NCBI GenBank assembly: GCA_051294905.1
Contig: CM119371.1
Span: 21,578,001-21,642,000 of the forward strand
DNA from: Botryllus schlosseri
Lineage: Eukaryota
Length of the DNA stretch: 64,000 nt
Direction of reading: 5' to 3'
The position numbers and the translations under genes are program-made. Shown here one piece after another: positions 55,528 to 64,000 of the stretch; the stretch's first letter is position 1, and each line of letters begins with the position of its first letter. The notes beneath the pieces are model-generated. The model saw only the letters and a program-made list of their open reading frames with translations, made no database searches and was not told where the DNA came from.

Positions 55528-58500
55528 AATAAATATGATAACATGGCTGACGTTATAGTATTTTCTACTCTTGAATGGTAGTGGCGATAGTTTATTTATA
55601 TTTTCTTGGACTCATGGCAAACATTTTTAGACTGCTACCAATCCTATTGCAAGGTGTCAGCTGTCTGTATTTGGTTATTGAATTGATGACTTTTTTCTAT
55701 GGGCCTGTAATCATATCTCACATCTGGTTACAACTTTCCGGAAATATCCGTATCAAAAGTTACTACTATCCGATAATATCCAGAAAAAAAATCTGCGATA
55801 ATATCCGAATCCTATCCGACTGCCACAAAATTGTCTAATATCCGGTCTGAATGCTAACCGAGTCCGCCCAATAGTCATCACTGCTTCAGACCGACTCCAA
55901 AATTTATGCTCTGCAGAAAATCCTCGATCCATTACGATTCGTTGCGGTAGTGTCGTAAACTTTCACAGGAAGTCGATAATTTGAAATAAACTGCAATATG
56001 TGGGTATTTTTATGTTACATTAATACGACCTGCCGGCGTAGGCCTACCGTAAATCTACAATAAATGCACTTTATTCATAGTTTAATGCACACCATTTTCA
56101 AGGGCATACGACGTATGACACTGCCGGAACACATGGTTACTTCAGCATTAACTTAAATAAAAGTATTTTCGTCGCTGTTAGCCGTAGGTTGCTATAGCCG
56201 GAGGACAAAAGCCGCCGTTTTGCCTCCCATTTTCAACTTGTAAACATCGTTACGTGTCACTAGCTCACTACATCCCATTAGAGTCGGATTGAAAAGTTTA
56301 ATGTATAGCTTACATGTAATTCGATAATATAAATATATTTCCGAATATATAACAAAATATTTAACTAAACTTCTATTAATAGTGCAAGCTCTGTGGCTTC
56401 CCTCAAATTACTCCTGTGGCCCAAAAAGTGGGCAAAGGCCCTCCTTTTGAGAACCCCTGATTAGAGGGTGCAATCATCCGAGGATGTTTCAGATACACAT
56501 TTTATTCAAACTGCAGGATATAGCAAGACAAATGTTTAGTATTCAGGATCGGCTATAAGTCCAGTACCACAATCGGCTGATCCAGTATACCTTGAAACTC
56601 TTACACGCTCCATAATTTGAATCAAGATGAAGATCTCAGGGATAGTCGGCTTAATGATGAAGATCTTAAAATCGAATATAATTCAGAACGTAGGGTAGTC
56701 CATCAACACAAGTTAAATGATCTGACATAGGCTGGGGGTCTAAAGCATAATAGTATTTGGAACTTTTAGCATCCTTGCGAATTGAAAAAAATTACTTGGC
56801 AAGTGAGAGAGCCTTTTTCATTTCCGATCATGAGATATGGCGTTTTCCTCGTAGGCCTGCTTTCCGTAGCTCTGTGTTTTGCCGGGATACTGGCATCGGC
56901 GTGACACTGTTACCATGCGTTGCTGGAGAAGTTACAGCTCAAGTAAATGGCTATTGGTAGCTCAAAAAGGATCATAAAGTGTAACATTGTGGAAAATAGC
57001 AAGGTCTTTCTTGCAGTAGCAATTGCACTCTCAGTCTTCGTAACAAGGAAAATAATACAGAAACATTGAATTGTTGCAATATCGCAAGCACGATTGGATC
57101 ATATATTTGTCAGCTTTAACATACTGTGTTTTCTTGGTGGCCACACAATAAGGATGCACCTGTACATGTACACCTGATACATGTGTAACACTGCCATGTG
57201 TTCTGTCTGACAGCAGATATTCGAAATGGCTTAAATATCTAAATAATTTCCTGGCCAACCTTGCCATAGTAAGCAATGGGCAATGAGAAAGTGTCATCCA
57301 ATATCTGAAGATGATAGTGGTAAGATACCAGAGTAGACTGGAGCTTACATATGTTAGCTGACTATTGCTCGAGTATCAAACGACACAAACCACAGATTTA
57401 GGAGTTATTAGCGTGGATTTGAACCCTGAAACTCGGACTTTTTTGTCATGCAGAACCAATATTAGTTTAGTTCAAAGAAATAAAGCACTATAGATATTTA
57501 TTTGAAGTCAATTGATTTACTTTCGACTTCATGCGATTTTTGAAACGTTTTATACAATAAACACAAAATATTATAAGTACTACTATTATGTTTGTTGTGA
57601 GAAAATGTGACGGGTGCCTAACCCAAAAACTTGAAGTGATAGAGAAAAACCGAAGTCAATATTAAATTAATAGCCCAACAGTTAGTCAAAATCAACTGTC
57701 TGATGAAAGTCGAAATAGATTGTGTTGACCAGTGTTATCGGTTCACCGATATCGAGTGGATATCACACTTCGAAAGAATTATCTGTTTCGGCCATTGGAT
57801 GTAAAAAATAGGGTAATTTTTGCACCGTCACCAGGTGGTATGAATTCTGAAAACTATAATCCTTTACCGCTAAAATGGTAATATTGCTGTATTTCATATG
57901 ACTTGCACATTCAAGGTGCTGTTCAGATGCACCCTTTCTATTTTATTTCATGTTCAAGTATGACAATGACTGTAAAGAAATAAATGCTTTGAAGTTTTGA
58001 AAATGCACCCTTTGAGGAAGATTCCACCTTATCTGAATATTGGCTGAATATATCGGTGTTAACGGGGAAAGTGTTAGGTATCGGTTTTATCGGTATCGCC
58101 CCAAATATCCAATATCGGTCGGGCTTTATTGGTAACCCTAAGCCTAATGTAATGGCCTACGAATAGGAGGTTGGTGGGATGGGGCAAGAATGAAAATCCC
58201 GTCCTTCTTAAATGCGGTTTCCATCTCCAATATTGATAAGGTAATTTGAAATTAAGCTATCGGTATCACGTTCGTGGATTTCACATAACAATACGAAAGC
58301 AACTTCCAGGGTAAGGCGTCGTCTAAGTGTCCGAATGAGGACAGCACAATGCAATGAGATAAATATTCATTATAGCCTAATGTTTCTTTTTCACGAAACT
58401 CTGATAATATTACTTTTGATCTTTTACCGCTCCGTTGAGTTCAATTTGTGCACCGCAATTATATAGTTACGTGTTAGATATGTAGCTAGATGTTTATGGT

Positions 58501-58964
58501 GGTGGAATATCGTGTTTATTCTTCAGTAAAAATTTTCGGATTCGCAAACGCATGCTCGATTAACGTAAGGTTTTATAAGGTTATAAACACTGCGCTTGAA
58601 TAAAGTTGATGCACGTTGACGAGAACGTAGTTACAATAGTTCGCGACATGTAACATGAACATGAACACATGACTGTAGTGTAGGGTCTGAAGTAGCATTA
58701 TAACCTCGGATGAATGGTCATTTACGGCACGGTTCGCCAAACGTATATTTTCACTATCAAATCTTCAGTGACCTGGTGTCAGTAAAGGTAAAATAGGGCT
58801 GCATACGAGGTAATTATACATTCAGGCACCTCGCCACACCCCGAACATGGTTATCTTTCAGGAATTTTCCTATCATGTCCTTCATGCAGAACTGTATACG
58901 AACACATGCTTCGACTTCAGTATTGTGATTTATTTTCATACGGTTCAAAACCTTTCAATTTCAG

Positions 58965-59276
58965 GAACGGCGAGGAATTCTAGACGCTCGAAAAATCCGT
59001 ATTAGACAGAGTTACGATGAAATGAGACAACACCGACCAAGAAGGAAAAAAAAGGAAATCAAACGTGAATTATTGAATCAAGAACGACGCGAATGCAGCT
59101 GTTTCAACTTTCCGCAGAATTTACTCGAAAATCATCTGAATGAGTGCGAAAACTTGTTAAAGAACCACGGAAATCTATTGGACAGACCGTTGAAATTTGT
59201 GTATGCTGTAGGTCGCGTCGCGCTTCAAGTCGGACTTTTCGGTGTTGGTCTTTTCAACGCCATTGCCGGAAATTAA
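58965..59276 (+). CDS. Candidate last coding exon (ERRGILDARK...LLENHLNECENLL...IAGN*)
   Basis: Acceptor cctttcaatttcag, phase 0, 103 codons plus TAA; peptide motif conserved in the paralog at 3-128. Confidence 0.55.
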   Translation, partial: ERRGILDARKIRIRQSYDEMRQHRPRRKKKEIKRELLNQERRECSCFNFPQNLLENHLNECENLLKNHGNLLDRPLKFVYAVGRVALQVGLFGVGLFNAIAGN

Positions 59277-61797
59277 TTCATGAATGACTTTTCTTTCAAA
59301 TAGGATTGTCGCATTACAATATCGTAGAACATGAAAGGCAAAGAGTAGAGCAGTATTGTGGATGACTAAATCTTTCGTTCACAACTAATCATATTTCAAA
59401 TAATTCGTAGCTTCTTACGGTCGTCGCCGAATTCGTGGACACGTGCCACATATTGCTGTGAATAATTTAACCATTTGATATGTATTTCTCATGATTTTAC
59501 CCACCTTGTTCACGAAAAGCGTGGCACGTGACGCCACCTCAACTTTTACTATTCATACATGTAACTGTCCAATTCAGTGGTATCAAACACAAAAGTATAG
59601 TGGATTTCTGTTGTTATTGTTATAGCCTGAATTGTATAGGAAGGGTAACAAGTTCCAAAAGATATTTACTCATACGCCATGTTTTCATATTACGCAATAT
59701 ATTTCCTGATCTAACCGATTTATGTTATGTTGTTCTCTGAATAAGTAGCAATCGGCGTGGTAATCTCCTGCTTTGTTAACAATTAAGTTGTTAAATATTG
59801 AAAACATTTGATTCGAATTGGAAGTGACCATTTATGTGTACTATTCCATACATGCTTAGACGTGGGGGCGCGGAACAAGGACTCAAGCGGCTGGTAGCGC
59901 TCTTCGAAGTCTGCCTCTGTTTCTGCCAACGCCCCGGCTGCCCACGGTGGCACAGACGCTTTTCCGTGCCTTGCGACGCGGCATTGCGTACGTCTGAACC
60001 CGGGTTTAGGGCCCTGCATCTCGGATTCGGGTTCGAGGGGCCATTTAATTAAGTGGTGCAGGCGTGTCCTTCGCAGCGGCGGGCTGTCTCGAGAACGATC
60101 GAGAAGGCAGCGAAGCGAACGAGTGTGGCAGAACGGATGTACCTTGGTCCGAGGGCCCGATCGCCCTCGCGGCGACGTGGACTCCATCACGGTGAATGAG
60201 ATCTCTGGTTGATCCTGGCATCAGTGATATGCTTGTATAAAAGATTAAGCATGCAGTCGTAATACGAACTGAACGTAAAGTGAAACTGCGAACGACTCAA
60301 TAAATCGGTCTTGCTTTATTTGTTATCTGATTACCAACGTAGATAACTGTGGCAATTCCAGAGCTAATAGATGCGACCAAGTTACAACTTGAGAAGCGTG
60401 CTTTTATTGGGTCATAATCGAGTGGGCTCGCTTCCGAACGCGTTTCGTTGGATTACTCTGGATAACCACGAGGATTGGTCTGCTTCACGCCGGCGACGTC
60501 CCATTCAAGTGTCTGACCAATCAATTTTCAAAGGTAAGCTGCGGGCTTACCTTTGTGTTAACGGGTGACGGGGAATCAGGGTTCGATTCAAGAGAGGGAG
60601 CATGAGAAACGGCTACCACATCCAAGGAAGGCAGCAGGCGCGCAAATTACCCATTCTCGACACGAGAATGTAGTGAAGAAAAATACCAATACGGGACTCT
60701 AACGAGACTCCGTAATTGTATTGAGACAAATATCGTGAGACGCATCGTTGTGTACATTATTCAGTCCAAAACGGCGCCAGACCCGGTCCCCTCCATGTTG
60801 CCCAGCAGAACCCGCATGATTAAAAACGAATGAAAAAAAATCATAGTTCGCATTTACAGTTAAATCTTTCGTATTACGCACAGCGGATACACAGGGCGAA
60901 CACCGCATCACGGCTAAAAAAGATAGGGGAACATACAAAAATGCGAAGTCATATAGTCGTTTGAGCCACTCTTTTGATGGTTTAGAACGGTATCCAATAT
61001 TTTTCCGTTGTTTGCGAACAACGTGGGCCTGCAATACTTGTCAGCACTCAAGATTATTGGACCACGATCTGACTTATCAACCTCGCCTACCGGTTGAGCA
61101 TTTATTTTGTCGCTTCTTCTTCGTAATCCTCTTATAAATCAAATGTACATGCCTCTTATTTACATGCTGTAGGCCAGTGGTCGTCAACTCAAAACGGGTC
61201 GCGGGCCACTTTCCAAAATCTGCGGAGGCCGCGGGCCGCATGACTTCAATATCGAGATAAAAATAAGCAACGCAGGTAAACAGCCATGTTTTGATAACAC
61301 TAAGTCAGTACAACGCCGTGCTCTGTAATATCACGCAGCGACGGGCATAGTTACCACAAAATAAATAATATTTGATTGAAGAAATTCAGATACAACATAA
61401 AAAGATAATGATCATCACTTTCATTCTATTTTGAACAATGAGCTGCGCACGATACCTGACAACACCCTTCAGCAAGGGTGGTCAACGACCGCATTCCGAA
61501 TACTTATGTAGCCTACGGTCGCATTCCAGTGCATAGTCGTAATGAGCTAACTGGGGGCCAAATAACCACGCTAAACTATCCATGTCGACGTCCAGTCCAT
61601 TGCCAGTTAACTCCGGACTATACTAATACCCGATATTGGGCTACAGTGCGCCCCGAAATCGTGAGTGGCAACATTATGTATAAAACACAGAAATCTGATC
61701 TGTAGTCGCGACAAGCGCGAATTTTTCATATTCATGAGTGAATTTCGTCGATGGCATTAGCGCAGTTTCTACTAATATATATTCTTTCCCAGCCCAT
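59120..61797 (+). repeat. Segmental duplication copy 2
   Basis: Direct homolog of 1-3030; lacks the 986-1491 MITE and has extra ETS-like sequence at ~59920-60070. Confidence 0.9.
60201..60728 (+). pseudogene. 18S rRNA 5' fragment (degenerate) with upstream ETS-like sequence from ~59860
   Basis: ctggttgatcctg, aagattaagcatgca, gtgaaactgcgaacg, taacgggtgacggggaatcagggttcgattc, gagaaacggctaccacatccaaggaaggcagcaggcgcgcaaattaccca. Confidence 0.95.
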
Positions 61798-61949
61798 TTT
61801 TATGGCCGACCATTAACAAATTTCATGGCCGGTCATGGCGGAATTTCATGACCGACCGTAATATACTAACTTAGCATTAAATAGCTGGTTCGTGGTACAG
61901 AACTTGAATATAGCTTTCAATACAATATCCATTGTAGAATAATATTTAT

Positions 61950-61988
61950 TAACTCGAAGACTTTTCGGGTGCCTCTTTTCAAGAGTTA
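61950..61988 (-). ncRNA. Degenerate hammerhead ribozyme in the PLE 3' pseudo-LTR
   Basis: Minus strand TAACTC-ttgaaaa-gaggcaccc-GAAA-agtct-TC-GAGTTA immediately followed by AATAAA; the core differs from CTGAAGA at two positions. Confidence 0.5.
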
Positions 61989-62061
61989 TCGGCACACTAA
62001 AGGGATTTAAACAGATTTAAAAGAAAAACCAAAAAGGCAAAGTATGACGCAACAATCAAAA

Positions 62062-62739
62062 TCACAAACCATGAAATTCGCATTGTACCAATGGCAACAA
62101 TAACAAACTATGAAGTATACGGACATACGGTACTATAGTAGCAGCACAATTTGTAAATAAACAATTACACGCACGGAACAACACGCACTGATGAGAAATT
62201 TGTAGGTTATAGAGGAAATCTTTTTGTCTGCATAAAATAGGTTTGCTCAACTGAATAATAGTAGACTCCAACACTTTTAAATGAAACACAGACCTACCAC
62301 GCGCAATGACAGTGAACATATTGTCATCATAGTGCTGTGCACAGGCAAGGTTTTCACTCAGATGCTGACCAATTGACGAAGCATATGCTTGGTAATCATC
62401 ATAGCAGTCTGTTTTTGCAGCCAATTTGCACTGACGTGCGAGCTCCGTGCGATCATTTGCGCAAGTTTTTGACCGAATCAATTTTGGGATATGCTGCTTA
62501 ATACGCTCAAACAATCTTTGAGATGTACGTCCTACATACCTACTATCACAGTGGCACTTGTATTGGTAAACAACATTACTTGCATCAAAGGCAGGAAGTA
62601 CATCTTTTCGAGAGTTGGGTAACAAGGGTTTCGTCGTGTACACTACATGCGTGTTAACGCTGTAATAGCAACGGTGAACAGCCGATTTAATAAGCTTTTC
62701 CAAACGGCTAGACACGTTACCTAGCCAAGGTAGGTGCAA
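62062..62739 (-). pseudogene. PLE C-terminal region with GIY-YIG endonuclease (frameshifted from the RT)
   Basis: NVVYQYKCHCDSRYVGRTSQRLFERIKQH...SSIGQHL...LKVLESTII. Confidence 0.9.
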
Positions 62740-63989
62740 AAATGCCGGGCATTTTTTGGGTCATATTTTGGAGCTGTATCCGATTTTTTCAATACCCTAG
62801 AGATGGAGCATTTTAATATGTGGTCCGGATAGCCATTTTTGGAGAGAATCAAGTGGATATCATCCAATTCGCGTGACAGTTTTTCTGGTGAGCAGAGACG
62901 CAAGGCGCGATTAACGAGCGATGAAATGAGGTTTAATTTACGCCGCTTCGGGCAAAATGAATCCCAACGAATATAATGACCAGTGAAAGTAGGTTTTCTG
63001 TACACCGACGTTAAAAACGTTTGTCCTGATCTCTCTACTAAGACTTCTAAAAAGGGAAGGGCAGCATCAGTTTCCTTTTCCACGGTAAATTGTAGAGCTG
63101 GATGGAGACAGTTCAATTTTTCGAAGAAATTATTACACTCTCGCTCATTTTTAAAGGCAACAAAGGTGTCATCGACATATCTAAAATAGAGGAGAGGTTT
63201 TGCGACGTTTTCAAACAATTTCTTTTCATGGTATCCCACGAATATATCGGCCAAACTAGGTCCCAACGGTGAACCCATCGCAACACCATTGCATTGGCGG
63301 AACATCGTGTCATTGAAGCTGAATTCAACGCTACTAGTAGCAGTCTGCAACAATTCAAGAAATATTTTACGCGGTAGTTTCGGAGGTTCAAGCGTGCCAT
63401 CATAAAGCGCGTCTGCGCAGATTTCAAAAGTTTCCGACAATGGTACGTTGGTAAAAAGACTTTTCACATCAAATGAGCTAAGAAATACATTGGACGGATT
63501 TAATTTGGCGCATTTTAATTCGTCTACAAACGTGAACGAGTCGCGAACACAGTGGTGCGTATACAAGGTTCGAACTGGCTCAATGACGGTATTAAGCCAT
63601 TTGGCTAAATTATGTTGTGCCGATCCACACATAAACAATATGGGGCGAAGAGGAACGTTCTCTTTATGTGTTTTCGGCAAACCGTACATACGCGGCCGTT
63701 GCGATCCCGTTGGGCGTAGGGACTCGTACAGATTTGCAGGAAGTACTCCATCCTTCTTCAGTTTGAGAAGGCGACGCTGCAGCTTCATTTCTAACTTGCG
63801 CGTGTTGTCGTTCACATCAGCAGGACCCAGGTTGGTGAACTTGGACGAATCATGGAGAACAGATTCCTTTTTCATGTTGTAATCTGCCCGGTTCAAAATC
63901 ACAACTCCAGAGCCTTTGTCAGGTTTTGTGATGACAATTTTTTCATTTGAACGTAAATATTTGATGGTTTTAAGACAATCCTTGTTCAT
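62721..63989 (-). pseudogene. PLE reverse transcriptase domain
   Basis: KPDKG, YGLPKTHK..PLRPI, SFDVKSLFTNVP, GVAMGSPLGP, YFRYVDD, LPFLEV, VYRKPT motifs; frameshift near 62740. Confidence 0.93.
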
Positions 63990-64000
63990 CAGAAAATCAC

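Larger units (their letters stand above)
48618..55883. mobile_element. hAT-type element (ATCCG repeats) hosting several nested insertions
   Basis: cagtgatga / tcatcactg; TSD tttcagac/cttcagac; atccg arrays at both ends. Confidence 0.7.
43369..57734. mobile_element. CACTG-ended element with 3-bp TTA TSD (CMC/Chapaev3-like)
   Basis: tta|cattgggcaacaat ... attgtgttgaccagtg|tta; removing it restores ccgattatcgg in the host. Confidence 0.5.
43352..58128. mobile_element. hAT-type element (ATCGG subterminal repeats)
   Basis: tagagcccgaccgat / atcggtcgggcttta; degenerate 8-bp TSD attgtaat/ttggtaac within the host TIR. Confidence 0.6.
42091..58146. mobile_element. tagggttaccat-family MITE split by ~14.8 kb of nested insertions
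   Basis: Body 42091-43351 is an inverted homolog of 6593-7689; the missing terminal ggtaacccta reappears at 58131-58140; TSD atgtagtg/atgtaatg. Confidence 0.6.
61880..64000 (-). mobile_element. Penelope-like retroelement (3' portion; continues beyond the window)
   Basis: RT followed by a GIY-YIG endonuclease; 3' region with hammerhead-like motif and AATAAA; left boundary approximate. Confidence 0.92.

Noticed and set aside
57690..57730. CTGATGA-aagtc-GAAA hammerhead-like core
   Set aside because: Stem II cannot pair, stem I is not in register, and it lies within the terminal region of a DNA transposon.
62983..63882. Plus-strand and alternate-frame ORFs over the RT
   Set aside because: Antisense or shadow frames of the Penelope RT.

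Overview
Eukaryotic, AT-rich, transposon-saturated animal DNA; the 18S remnants resemble ascidian/tunicate-type rDNA from memory, not verified. No prokaryotic operons or CRISPR arrays. Main content: (1) a young 6.6-kb non-autonomous Polinton/Maverick-type element (14462-21084) with 878-bp near-identical TIRs, AGTAGT termini, a perfect 6-bp TSD and no long internal ORF; (2) the 3' part of a frameshifted Penelope-like retroelement (RT + GIY-YIG) at the right edge, with a degenerate hammerhead motif at its 3' end; (3) two diverged copies, ~59 kb apart, of a module made of a last coding exon followed by a 5'ETS/5'-18S rDNA pseudogene; (4) a candidate 4-exon orphan gene (30907-59276, all phase-0 introns) whose last intron is almost entirely a single ~16-kb stack of elements nested up to six deep; (5) many hAT-type MITEs with 8-bp TSDs, two foldback palindromes, tRNA-derived SINEs, a short solo-LTR candidate and a free-standing hammerhead-like motif. 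Most ORFs in the supplied track are spurious translations of repeats. All alignments were done by eye.
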